Positions 23,777 through 36,560 of a stretch of DNA of 64,000 nucleotides are shown in pieces. Source of the DNA: Chrysemys picta bellii. Its lineage: Eukaryota. The first letter of the stretch is position 1. Every line of letters starts with the position of its first letter. The notes under the pieces are model-generated. The model saw only the letters and a list, made by a program, of their open reading frames with translations. It was not told the DNA's origin and did no database searches. A program made the translations under genes and the position numbers. Location of the stretch: assembly GCF_011386835.1 (NCBI RefSeq), contig NC_088811.1:14136001-14200000 (forward strand), written 5' to 3'.

Positions 23777-25828
23777 TAGAATCATAGACTCATAGACTTT
23801 AAGGTCAGAAGGGACCATTATGATCGTCTAGTCTGACCTCCTGCACAACGCAGGCCACAGAATTTCACCCACCCACTCCTATATCAAACCTCTAACTTAT
23901 GTCTGAGTTATTGAAGTCCTCAAATCCTGGTTTAAAGACTTCAAGGTGCAGAGAATCCTCCAGCAAGTGACCCGTGCCCCACGCTGCAGAGGAAGGCGAA
24001 AACCCCCCAGGGCCTCTGCCAATCTGCCCTGAAGAAAAATTCCTTCCCGACCCCAAATATGGCGATCAGCTAAACCCTGAGCATGTGGGCAAGACTCATC
24101 AGCCAGACACCCAGGAAAGAATTCTCTGTAGTAACTCAGATCCCACCCAATGTAATATCCCATCACAAATCATTGGGCATATTTACTGCTAATAGTCAAA
24201 AATCAATTAATTGCCAAAATTAGGCTATCCCATCATACCACCCCCTCCATAAACTTATCAAGCTTAGTCTTGAAGCCAGATATGTCTTTTGCCCCCACTT
24301 GGAAGGCTGTTCCAGAACTTCACTCCTCTGATGGTTTGAAAACTTCGTCTAATTTCAAGTCTAAACTTCCTGATGGCCAGTTTATATCCATTTGTTCTTG
24401 TATCCACATTGGTACTGAGCTTAAATAATTCCTCTCTCTCCCTGGTATTTATCTCTCTGATATATTTATAGAGAGCAATCATATCTGACCTCCTCCTGAC
24501 AAAGCCCTGGCTGGGATGATTTAGTTGGGAATTGGTCCTGCTTTGACCAGGGGGTTGGACTAGATGACCTCTTGAGGTCCCTTCCAACGCTGATATTCTA
24601 TGATTCTATATCTCCCCTCAGCCTTCTTTTGGTTAGGCTAAACAAGCCAAGCTCTTTGAGTCTCCTTTCATGAGACAGGTTTTCCATTCCTCAGATCATC
24701 CTAGTAGCCCTTTTCTGTACCTGTTCCAGTTTGAATTTATCCTCCTTAAACATAGGAGACCAGAACTGCACACAGTATTTCAGATGAGGTCTCACCAGGG
24801 CCTTGTATAATGGTACTAACACCTCCTTATCTCTACTGGAAATACCTCGCCTGATGCATCCCAAGACCACATTAGCTTTTTTCACGGCCATATCACATTG
24901 GCGGCTCATAGTCATCCTGTGATCAACAAATACTCTGAGGTCCTTCTCCTCCTCTGTTACTTCCAACTGATGCATCCCCAGCTTATAACAAAAAATCTTA
25001 TTAATCCCTAAATGCATGACCTTGCACTTTTCACTATTAAATTCCATCCTATTACTATTATTCCAGTTTACAAGGTCATCCAGATCTTCCTGTATGATAC
25101 CCTGGTCCCTCTCTGTATTGGCAATACCTCCCAGCTTTGTGTCATCCGCAAACTTTATTAGCACATTCCCACTTTTTGTGCCAAGATCAGTAATAAAAAG
25201 ATTAAATAAGATTGGTCCCAAAACCGATCCCTGAGGAACTCCACTAGTAACCTCCTTCCAGCCTGACAGTTCACCTTTCAGTACGACCCGTTGTAGTCTC
25301 CCCTTTGACCAGTTCCTTATCCACCTTTCAATTTTCATATTGATCCCCATCTTTTCTGATTTAGCTAATAATTCCCCATGTGGAACCGTATCAAATGCCT
25401 TACTGAAATCGAGGTAAATTAGATCCACTGTGTTTCCTTTGTCTAAGAAATCTGTTACCTTTTCAAAGGAGGAGATCAGGTTGGTTTGGCACGATCTATC
25501 TTTTGTAAAACCATGTTGTATTTTGTCCCAATTACCATTGACCTCAATGTCCTTAACTACTTTCTCCTTCAAAAAATTTGCCAACACCTTGCCATACTAC
25601 AGATGTCAAACTAACAGGCCTGTAGTTACCCGGATCACTTTTTTTTCCTTTCTTAAAAATAGGAACTATGTTAGCAATTCTCCAGTCGTACGGTACAACC
25701 CCTGAGTTTACAGATTTATTAAAAATTCTTGCTAATGGGCTTGCAATTTCATGTGCCAGTTCCTTTAATATTCTTGGATGAAGATTATCTGGGCCCCCCG
25801 ATTTAATCCCATTAAGCTGTTCGAGTTA
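23777..25828 (-). mobile_element. 5'-truncated CR1 LINE with a 298-aa open RT segment (24691-25587)
   Basis: RT motifs YLDFSKAFDTVPH, GVPQGSVLGPILFNLFI, KFADDTKL; CR1-type (attctatg) 3' repeats at 23777. Confidence 0.95.
24487..24607 (+). mobile_element. Short CR1 3' fragment nested antisense within the CR1 above
   Basis: gggttggactagatgacctcttgaggtcccttccaac...attctatgattct, flanked by the duplication atatct (24481-24486 and 24608-24613). Confidence 0.85.
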
Positions 25829-26664
25829 ACCTGATTTTCCACTCTGCAACTTGAGCCTTTGGGACAGGGACCGTCCTTTTGTTCTGTGTTTGTGGAGCGC
25901 CTACCACCATGAGGTCCTGGTCCTTCACTGGAGCTCCTGGGTGCTACAGTGATGCAAATAATAACCAATGCAGATGGAACATGTAGTAATTATTAATAAG
26001 AATAATGTATCCCTGTCCTTTATATAACATATAAATGGAGATTTTACTTATACCGAAGTTGCTCTCTGGAAGGGAGGGCAGGAAGCAGAGACCAATTGCA
26101 TGGTGAAAATTCATGCAAGAAGCTAACAGCTGGCTCTTCCACACTCAGCGTGAGCTACAGATGGGTCTCTCATACCATCTCCCAAGCATTGCTGGATTCA
26201 GATTCCAGCTCTGACTCATCTCAAGCCGCCTCTGAAGCTGTTCTGCCCTGGAAGAGATCACCAAGGCTTGTAATTATTAGAAGAATAAAAAGATGAGGAC
26301 TGATTGCTGCTTTTAGCCATCAACACCAAGCCTGGCCAGGAACTGAATTGGAGAAATGTGTGCAGAAGAGGAGTGAGGGGAAACTACTGGCAGTTTGGCT
26401 CATTAACTAATATTCCCCTGATTTATTATGTCATTATTTGGCCTTGTTTTTTCTATGTTCCATACAGTATTTATAAGGCAAAAAATTCCACCCCCGCAAA
26501 TGAGCATCTAGAAAACAAATAGGGAGAAAATAAGTGGATTTTAATGTAATCTAAAGCAAAAGTGTTGTGGTGGTGTTTTCTTTGTTCTCTCCCCCGTTCA
26601 TTCTCAAGCCAACATGATTTCAAACGGCCGCAGAGTTTTTGTAATGTAAACTTTTCGATTTTTA

Positions 26665-26955
26665 TGGCCAGAAGGCGTATGAGGTCATCTGGTCTGATCT
26701 CCTCTATAATAAAGACCATTGAATTTAACCCTGTTGCTCCTCTATCAAGCCCAATGGCTAAAGCATCAACCAGAAAAGTCTCCAGTCTTGCTTTGAAGAC
26801 ATCAAGGGATGGCGAATCCACCACTTCCCTTGGTAGTTTTGTTCCCATCACTAATCATCCTCACTGTTCCAAGTGTGTGCCCAATTTCTCATTTGGATTT
26901 GTCGGGCTTTAACTTCCAGCCATTGGGGCTTGTTCTGCCTTTCTCTGCTGTAAGA
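26665..26955 (-). mobile_element. CR1 LINE 3' fragment
   Basis: Minus-strand translation KLPREVVDSPSLDVFKARLE is the C-terminal motif of CR1 ORF2. Confidence 0.85.
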
Positions 26956-27110
26956 CCTGGTATTTTCTCCCCGGTAAAAGAAGCAGCTGATGTTTTTAGA
27001 TCCAGAAGTCCCAGGTTCAATCCCTGCAGATGTCTAGGTATACTTGGTCCTGTTTCAGCGCAGAGGGATGGGGATGCATCTTGAGGTCTCTACCAACCCT
27101 ACATTACTAT

Positions 27111-27404
27111 GGCCTGGTCTACACTACCGTGGTAAATCGATCTAACTTACGCAACTTCCGTTACGTGAATAATGTAACTGAAGTCGACATAGTTAGATCC
27201 ACTTACCGCGGTGGCGACACTGTGCCGTGACGACGGGCGAGTATCTCCCGTCGATTTCCTTACACTTCTCGGGGAGGTGGCATACACAAATCGATGGGAG
27301 AGTGCTCACCCATCGATTTATCTTGTCTTCACCAGACCCGCTAAATCGACACTCACTACATCGATTGCAGCAGTTTCGATCCAGCTGCAAGTGTAGACAT
27401 GCCC
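27111..27404 (+). mobile_element. PIF/Harbinger-type MITE
   Basis: TIRs ggcctggtctacact / agtgtagacatgccc; 3-bp flanks tat / taa; CpG-rich internal palindromes. Confidence 0.8.
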
Positions 27405-29351
27405 TAAGATTCTTTGAGCCAGTCAGGAGCATTGTAATGTGAGCATGTTTATATGAACGATCAGAACCCTTGGCTCTGCAATATTAGGCTAGAAGATTCA
27501 TGGGCACGAGTTTGCTTGTGAGATTCCTGGCACTTCCTACTTCTGATTGGACTGAAAGTATCACAAGAACCCCCTTTATCATGGCATGTCTTTCTGTTTG
27601 CACTCTGATCCTGACTTCTCTTTCCACCTGTAATCTGTGGAACAAGCCAAGCAATGTACTTTCTCCAGTATTCTCCTATTCCCGCTCAGACGTACGTGTT
27701 TCGTTCCTCCCACCACGAAGCACTACTAGGACAGCACTACTTCTCTGAGCTGGTACAGGAGGGCTTGGGGAAATGAAGTGAACTGGTGAGAAGTCGGCAC
27801 TCATTTTCTGCTACTCCCCATCAGCTTGCTGCATTGTAACTTAACAGGAGGTGGGAAGATTAAGAGCCATAACAAACGCTGTGATGTCTCAGTGTTGTGG
27901 TGTTTGTAATTTACATTAGTTTGTGAGCAAGGAGGAAATACCCTGTTTATTTAGGGTCAACCTCCCTGCCCTTTGGTCTCCCTTCCTCAGTTTCTTATTC
28001 TGTTTCACTCAGGCACCCCAAATATCTCCTGTTCCTCCTCCTTGAAAGAGGCTTGATGGGCTGTAACACGATGGGTGACTTATTTTTGCAGTAACGAGCA
28101 GAAGGGAGCACTCTGCCCAGCACAGGAACATGCCTGCTGTGAAATGCCTGTAGCCTGACATTTTGGAGATGAAAAATCTCAAATGCTTTTTTCCCCCACC
28201 CCCCTGGTTTTGTTCTATAATTGGAATTTGAAAATCAGCCAGGTGTGATTATTCCATCCGAACGGGTCGTGCTGCCCTGCTGTCTCAGGTTGAATTGGGC
28301 TTGGAAGGTCTGACCAAATTCTGATCTGCATCGCACCAACATTGGGTTCAGTGGAACTGCTCTGGATTTGCACCAGCGTAGATGAGATCAGAACCTAGCC
28401 CCTGGACTGTCGTTTCAGAGCTTGGTTATTTTCTTTAATTGCAGTTGGCATAGAGATGGAATGCCAAATCCAAACCTCTTCAGACTTGATGGGTGGAACC
28501 TTGGCTCCGCTGTGAAGCCAGTGGGAGTTTTGTCACCGAGTTCAGTGAAACCAGGATTCTATCTTGTGGTTCTAGGGTTAGCTATAAACTTGGCATGGTT
28601 CCATCTCCAACCTAGAAGGAAACTTGGCATAATCAGTAGAGGAATTTCCTGCCATCCAGCGTGGATTGCACTGAATAACACTGAGTTCATGCTTAAAAAA
28701 TAAAGGCATTTTCTTCTGGCAGACAGGTGTATTTGAAAGACTCCAGAACTGTAAAATGATCAGACCAGTTCTTAAAATCTAGTAGGATTGGTCACTACCA
28801 ACAGCACTGTTTCTTTTTTAAGTTACAGAGCATTGAAAACTACATTGGTTTTGGCTGTAGTAGACCGGTAACATTTTAGATTAAAAATAGCATAGGTCTT
28901 CTCTTTTTTAGATCAAATTTAGGCCACAATCCATCAAAGCACTTCAACACATCCTTGTCCTAAGCACATGAATAGGCTCACTGAAATAAATTGGGCTAGC
29001 CATGTGCTTAAGTTCTCTGCTGGATAAGGGCCTTAGTTTCCAACCGTGGAAAGAGGCATTCATAATACATGGGTATGGACTGGTGAATTTACAGATATCC
29101 CTAGCATAGATCAGGCTCTGATGCCATTTGCATCATTCAGCAAACTATGGCAGAGCGTCCGCGGCGGTTCCTATGCACGCTAATTATCACAGGAAAATCA
29201 GGAGTTCAGAATCCTTCGTAGAATTGTAGTTGTCCTGTGTTTAAAATAAGCCCAGAGTGTTTGGAAAGATTGAGATGTGACTCTCTGAATGTAGAGAAGA
29301 GCCCCATTTCCTGTCTCTGACCTTGAGCTGTAACTGTGTTCTTTCCTGCAG

Positions 29352-29488
29352 CCATGAAGGCAGATCGAAAACGTTTGAAAGCAGAGAAGACAGACCTGGT
29401 AAGCCAAATGCAACAGCTCTACGCCACGCTGGAGAGCCGGGAGGAACAGCTACGTGACTTCATCAGGAACTACGAGCAACACAGAAAA
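29352..29488 (+). CDS. KAZN: Kazrin coding exon (exon 3 in human kazrin A/E numbering, from memory), 137 nt, phase 1 to 0
   Basis: Acceptor ctttcctgcag|CC ATG AAG, donor AAA|gtaagc. Encodes (A)MKADRKRLKAEKTDLVSQMQQLYATLESREEQLRDFIRNYEQHRK, recognised as the kazrin coiled coil. Confidence 0.97.
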
Positions 29489-29540
29489 GTAAGCTTCTGC
29501 ATAGCCTGTCCAGAATTATCAGACACAGATGCACATGCTA

Positions 29541-30962
29541 TGTTGGGGAAGAGTCAAAACCGCTTTTGTTAAGGAAAATCATGCCTCACCAATCTATTAG
29601 AATTCTTTGAACATGTCAACATTCATGTGGACAAGGATGATAAAATTGATGATAACGTTCTTGGACTTTCAGAAAGTCTTTGACAAGATCCCATGCCAAA
29701 GGCTCTTAAGTAAAGCAAGCAGTCATGGGATAAGAAAGAAGATCCTCTCATGGATCAGTAACTGGCTAAAAGATAGGAAACAAAGGGTAGGACTACATAG
29801 TCAATTTTCATAGTTTAGAGAGGTTGATAGCGGGGTCCTCCAAGGATCTGTACTGGGACCAGTGCTGTTTAACATCTTCATAAATGATCAGGGGAAAGGG
29901 ATAAAAAGTGAAGTGACAAAGTTTGCAGATGATACAAAATTAGTCAAGACAATTAAGTCCAAAGCTGACTGCAAAGAGCTACAAAGGGATCTCACAAAAC
30001 TGGGTGACTGGGCAACAAAATGGCAGATGAAATTCAGTGTTAAATGCAATGTTAATGCACATTGGAAATCATAATCCCAAGTATACCTACAAAATGATGG
30101 GATCTAAATTAGCTGTTACCACTCAAGAAAGAGATCTTGGAGTCCTTGTGGATAGTTCTCCAAAAACATCCGCTCAATGTGCAGCACCAGTAAAAGAAAA
30201 GCTAACAGAATATTAGGAACCATTGGGAAAGTGAGAAAAAATAAGACAGAAAATACAATGCCACTATATAAATCCATGGGAACTACACACAGCTTGAAAA
30301 CTGTGTGTAGTTCTGGGCACCCTATCTCAAAAATGATACATTAGAATTGGCAAAAAAACAGAGATGGGCAACAAAAATGATTAAGGATATGAAACAACTT
30401 CCATACAAGGAGAGATTGGGGCTGCTCGTATTAGAAAAGAGACAACTGAGGGAGGATCTAATAGAGATCTATAAAATCAGGAAAGGTGTGGAGAAAGTGA
30501 ATAAGGAAGTGTTATGGGAAGGGAGAAATAACACAAGAACCAGAGGTCACCCAATGAAAGTAATAGGCGACAGATTTAAAACAAACTTAAGGAAGGACTT
30601 CTTCACACAGTCAATTGTGGACTCATTGCTATGGGATGTTGTGAAGGCCACAAGTATAATTGGGTTATAAAAACAATTAGATAAGTTCATGGAGGATAAG
30701 TCCATCAATGGCTATTTGTCAAGATGGGTAGGGACACAACCCCATGTTCCAGGTGTCCGTAAGCCTCTGACTGCCAGAAGCTATACTGGATGACGGGCTG
30801 GATCACTCAATAATTGCCCTGTTGTGTTCGTTTCCTCTGAAGCCTCTAGCTCTGGTCACTGTCAAAGACTTAGTTGGGTGCCATCTGCACCAACAGCCTG
30901 TATCACACACTGAGCTAGATGGACCATTGGTCTGACCCAGTGTGGCCATTCTGATGTTCTTC
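29541..30962 (+). mobile_element. 5'-truncated, frameshifted CR1 LINE
   Basis: RT remnants LDFQKVFDKIP and VTKFADDTKL; C-terminal RTRGHPMK; 3' end ggccattctgatgttct. Confidence 0.93.
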
Positions 30963-33900
30963 TGGTTTAGTTGTTATACCGTGGCTTCATTTTAGCTCAG
31001 ACATCGGTGTTTAACATAGTGTAAGTGATAAACTTTAGCTGTCAAAATGCAAAAATAGTGCACATTTCTTAAACGTGGCAGCCATGTTTAAAGGTTCCTG
31101 CTAGAAAAAGCCCACAGGCAGAGAGGGGTCAGGGTGGGAAATCGTCCTCTGTGAGCTGGATTCCACCCTCAAAGTCCTCAGAGATGCTCTGCTGCATACC
31201 GTCCAGGATGTAAGGGTAAGGAGGTGTGGTCTGTGCATGTACAAACTCCAACCACACACACACCCTCTCCCCGTAGCTGGTGCAATCTATACCAAGGGAG
31301 CAGGCAGTCTGTTGCTGGTAATACTAGGGCTGCAGGATACTGTATCTGCAGAGTATATGAGCACTTACTTGGGTGCCATCTGCACCAGTAGCCTGTATCA
31401 CACCACAGAGTCCACCTTCCCGCGCTCTTGGGGCCTGCAGATTCCATCTCTCACTTCCTGGGGACATGCTGAAGCCTTTCCATTGATATCAGTGGGCTCT
31501 GGATTAGGCTCTAAAAGCCATCCCATCTGCACTATCCAAAGCAAGGGGCTGATGTCCTATTGGCTCTCTCTGTACCACAGTCTACAATGGCTTGTATTGA
31601 ATCTGTGCATTGGCCTTTCTAAATTGTCCTGAAAACATTACCAGCCCACGTAGAAACTCTTTGATCCTCCCCATTGAAGTCAATGGCAAAAGTCCCATTC
31701 ACTTCAGTGCTGCAAGATCAAGTCCAAAATCTACTCACATTACTGTGATGAACGATGGTAGTGAAAAGACCTGGAGAGATTTAACTCCCTGATCAAAAAA
31801 AACTTATCTCAGGTGAGTGAGCAAATAAAAGGTTGTAAGGCAGCTGGCAATATAACTGTAGAAACCGGAGCCCTAGTAAATACATAAATACAGGAAAAGT
31901 CAGGTCAACGAGCAAAGTTAGCGGTGTTTGATTTAAGAGTATTGCTCTATCCGGATCATGTAACAAATCGGACAGGAAGAAATCATTGAACCAATATGGT
32001 GTGCGCGCTCCCGCTCTCTCTCGCTCTCTGCTCAAGGGAATGAACTTTTACAACGGGTTATTTCAAGGACAGGTTTTGTAATTGTCCTTAAAGTTAAGAG
32101 CTTGTTAAAAGAACATACAAACTGCAGTGACTCTAGACTAAGTCGCTCAAGAATAAATAGCATCTCTCTGAAATGTTTTCAGCATCTCTGCTCTGTTTGC
32201 AAGAGGATATATATAGAGAGACAGTTTCCTGTTTTGCTTTTGATTAGGCTGCATAGAGCCATCCGCTCCAATAAACAGCCATGGGAATCAAACATCTGTA
32301 ATTATTCTGGGCTTTTTTCCATGCAAAGAGAGAAAGTTTCTATTTTTAAAGTATCATAACAAAGATCACTCGAATCCAGCTTTCGGCTTTTGCAGAAAAT
32401 TGTATTTTTCTTTCCAGCTTGTGTGAGAAAATGAATACAATTTAAAAAATCCCAAAGACACGTGCGGGAGGAACGCATGGAGGAAGGCACATAGGTTGGG
32501 AGAGGCTCTGTGCGCTGGTCATTTGCTTGCAAGAATGCTGGAGGTTTTATGATCTCTGCAGCCCCTCCACTTGCTTCATCCAGATCTGCTGGTAGGATCT
32601 TTATGGGAGTCTGAGGCAATTCTTCCCTGGGGGCTGTGTTTGCAGAGAGGCTGAGGGACATGTCCTCGTTTCCACTCTGTGGCAGGCAGCCTGCGTCTTT
32701 TCACCACTGATTCACTAGAGAAACTTAGTGTATGAAATAACCTATGAACTGGGGTCTGGGCGACTCTGAGGTCATCTCCTGTATTCATGGAGGAGGATCA
32801 AAGAGTGTGTGAAAAAGCATCCTGCCTCTTCCTTGTGCTTGTTCTCCCAGGGCATCACATAACATTTCTCCACAAGCCTCAAAGGAAATGACATTGCCAT
32901 CCTGGTCTCAAGGACCCGCACCCATAGTCTGTCGCAGTGACCTAAGCGCCTTAGGTCTTGTCCACAGTGTGACTGGAAACGGTGCAATGAAGTGTTGAAC
33001 ATCCAAGACTCAACCTCAAGCTGGGGTCAGTGGGAGTTGCGAGTGCTCAGTGTTTCTGAATATTGGCTAGCAGCGGTTTTATCCCGTTTTCCCTAATCAC
33101 CATCCCTAATCCATAATCAATCATGCTTATTCTGAAAGCGCTGTTGGTCAAACCAGGCTATAGACTCTCACGACAGCATGGCTTTCAAACAAATTGTCCA
33201 GGAAAAAGCACTTGTCTGCATGGCCGGGGAAACCACGCTCTCGGCAACAGAGTCTGTAGGCTGGTGTTGGTAGAACAGTTTCATCTATAGTATGGGGAAG
33301 AGCCAACAATGTTCCATCACAGTGGCTGACGGTTAATGTAAACCATCGGCCTGCTGCCCTCTATAAAAATGTAGGGCTTTGACCTACCTCTGATAACACC
33401 TCTGAACACATGGGACCGTGGAGGGGATTTCAGTGGGAAGCAGGATGGAGGGATGGCGTTGCTGATGTTTTACGCTGATACCCTTTCCTTGTGTCCCCCG
33501 TGTTAATTCAGCCCTCTTCGGTCCAGTGCTGTATGTGGAAGGACTGGCGCTGTTTGGCTTCTACATATATGCAAAGCTATTGGTGAGGCGAGAACACTGC
33601 TGCCTTCATTACATGCAACGTTGGGGGTTGGTTTGTGTTTTCCTGAGCTTGGCCTTGCAGAAACTGAAACGATCGTTTGACTGTGACAACAGGAACTGCT
33701 CTCTAAATGTCCCCTTTAGCCATCCTGGAAAGGAGAGGGATGCACAGAGGTTTTTCAATAGGGCTAGAATTTAAAACAATCAGACTAGCTGCAGAGCATG
33801 TCAGCCTGGTCCTATTTGGTATAAGCCACCACTCCCATGTACTAACACCTAGTCTGAGATTCCCCGGGCCTCCGAGGCATTTAGGCACCCAGTTCCCATA

Positions 33901-34769
33901 GGCAGTTTTGCAAATTTCAGCCTTTGGGCTCGACCACATGCACAGTGACGGAGGGGGATGTAAGCAGTCCCCTTAGTCCCCGTGCATGGGCTACCTATGT
34001 TGCCAGACCCTGCGTGGGGTCTGGGGAAGCAGCTGGTGCTGAGCTGCTGATCCCGCATCTCATGCAGGTGTGTGGGCACGGGGCGAAGGGCAGACCCAAT
34101 CTTAGCTCCACCTTTTCCTCCTCTCTCCAGCTGAGCTGCCATGCAGAAGGAAGTAACCACGGAAGCCCCAGGAGAAAGGCATTACAGCATCACACTTCCG
34201 TCCCTGCTTCCCCCTTTGGTCATTGGGCAAAGTACGCTGTGCACTGGCCCCTGGACTGCGAGGTGCCAAATCAGCCTGAACGGGCACAGGTGGCACCAAG
34301 CTGCATGTCCCTCGACCCGTTCCTGGAGGAGCCGTCTCTCAAAACAGCTGGACTTTTCTGCAGCTGCTAATCATTCAGTCACTAAAGCAGCGTCATGGGG
34401 AGGGATCCCTGGCAGAAAGTAATACCCAGCACACACATGCAACTGTCGTCTACAGTCCTCTTTTACCAAAAAAAAAAAAAAAAAGGATTGAAAAGTGAAA
34501 AATACAGCCGGCGGGATGCACGCTGCCATTAGCACAATCACATCCGTGCTGCTTTTGCCTCACTGAACTAGTTTGCACTGGGCCGTGACCACTGTCAAAC
34601 TAATAACTTAGTTAGCTGGCATTCTGCATCAGCTGGGCTCCCAGTGCTGCCTGGCCTTGACAACACAAGTGAGCTGGCTTGTGTGCTTTTTGTATCCAGG
34701 TAATTTCCCATCCAGCAATCTCCAGGTGGCTCCGGGATGTCATCTCGTTGGTGCAGGAACCTGAAGACG

Positions 34770-34960
34770 GTGTGGTCCAGTGGGCAGGGAACCAGCGTGG
34801 AAGTCAGGAGACTACAATTCAATTCCTGTCTCTGCCACAGACTCTGTCCTGAACCACATGACCCCACCGTGCCTCAGTTTCCCCCCATGTCAAACAGAGA
34901 TGATGGTGCTTTAGCCGCCATTGTAAAGTGCATTGATATCTATGAATGAGAAGGGCTGGA
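34770..34960 (+). mobile_element. MIR/CORE-SINE
   Basis: ctctgccacagactc...gtgcctcagtttcccc...ttgtaaagtgc. Confidence 0.7.
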
Positions 34961-36030
34961 GAAGGCCTGAGTATGATTAATCTCCAGAAGCACAACAAAG
35001 CTCTCAAACCCAGAAAAGAAGACCCAGGGTTCCTTGAAGCCCACTAGGGACTAGACTGTTGCCACCACATTTCATGTGGCAGGTGCTCAGTTATCACAAC
35101 GGTAGGCAGGAGAGCAGAACCCGAAGACAGACAGACAGAGATTAAAAACCCAGAAAACTTCTGTATCTATACCGAAGCTGCACACAAAGTATCTGCCACC
35201 TGGATTTTTTTTAATAGGCGTTTCCTTGTAGAAACAGGGAATCTTTCGTTTTTATTAAGCTCTGTTGTGAGCGATGAAGGGGGCCAGGGGGGTTCCTCTG
35301 AGGCCAGTTCTCATATCCCTGTATCCACAGGGGACAGACTAAATCTGCAATTCAGGAGGAGATACCACAGGCTTGTGTCAAACAGTAGGAAATGGTGCGT
35401 TTCCAGGGCAGCTGGGCTTGCAAACAAGCTTGCCTCCGCTTTAGGTTCTTTGGCACAGGGAATTAGAATCCCCAGGGCTATCTCGAGCAGCTAACTCCTT
35501 GCTTCTCTCCAGCGTTCGTTTCAGTGCTAACGTTCTGGTGAAACGCTGGCACTTCATGATGGCCACCCTCGGCCTGTGGGCTGCAGTGCAGATCCATTTT
35601 GCCCCACGGGCCTGGTCGGTGGCACCCACATGGGCAGATGGTCTCCAGGAGGGGTCTAGTCCAAAGCGTGGCAAAGAGACACAGGCGGCGAAAACGATCT
35701 CTTGCTTTTGTTTGTTTGCCCTTCAGTTTTTCAGTGTGTTGCTTCTTTCCCGACTTATTACCCCCGATGCAGACCTGCAGCTTCCTTACAACCCTCCCTA
35801 TTCACCCTGGCTGTAGGCTATGGTAGGAGAAGGTAAGGAAGAGAGGGGTGAAATCCTGGCCCCATTGAAGCCAATAGGAGCTTTGCCATTGACTCCAGTG
35901 TGGTCATGATTTTGCCCAGTGTTTTTAATACCGGATAAAACGCTGCCCTGTGTTGCGTGGCACGGATTTCCTGGGGAAGCGAGCAGTGCCTGTTCTCTCA
36001 TTCCCTGCCTTTGCCCTGGTGTCTTTGCAG

Positions 36031-36201
36031 GAGAGCGAGGATGCGGTGAAAGCACTTGCAAAAGAAAAGGATCTCCTGGAGCGCGAGAAGTGGGAGCTGC
36101 GCCGGCAAGCCAAAGAGGCGACAGACCACGCCAGCGCGCTCCGCTCCCAGCTGGACCTGAAAGACAACAGAATGAAGGAACTGGAAGCCGAGCTAGCCAT
36201 G
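36031..36201 (+). CDS. KAZN: Kazrin coding exon (exon 4), 171 nt, phase 0-0
   Basis: Acceptor gtctttgcag|GAG, donor ATG|gtgaga. Encodes ESEDAVKALAKEKDLLEREKWELRRQAKEATDHASALRSQLDLKDNRMKELEAELAM, in frame with the previous exon. Confidence 0.97.
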
Positions 36202-36332
36202 GTGAGAGCCCTCCCTCCTGCAGCTGTAGCTGGAGGCATTGGTTTAGGCTGGAGTGCAGACGGGGCACCTCTACAGGGCAGCTGGGAGGTGTAAAATCCC
36301 AGCTCAGGAAGATGTTCACCTGCTAGCTAAAA

Positions 36333-36560
36333 ATCATAGAGATGTGGGGCTGGAAGGGACCTCGAGAGGTCATCCAGTCCAGCCGCCTGCTCTGAGGCAG
36401 GACCAAGTAGACTCTCCCTCAAGTGTTTGTCCAGCCTGTTTTTAAAAAACCCCACAGATGGGGATTCCACACCCTCCCTTGGAAGCCTGTTCGAGTGCTT
36501 AGCTAGCCTTAAAGTGAGAGAGTTTTTCCTAATATCCAATCTCAATCCCTTGCCGCACTA
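36333..36560 (-). mobile_element. CR1 LINE 3' fragment
   Basis: atcatagagatgtggggctggaagggacctcgagaggtcatccagtcc...tttttcctaatatccaa. Confidence 0.85.

Noticed and set aside
35798-36319. Antisense ORFs over the 36031 exon (also 53520-53863)
   Set aside because: Shadow frames of coiled-coil coding sequence.
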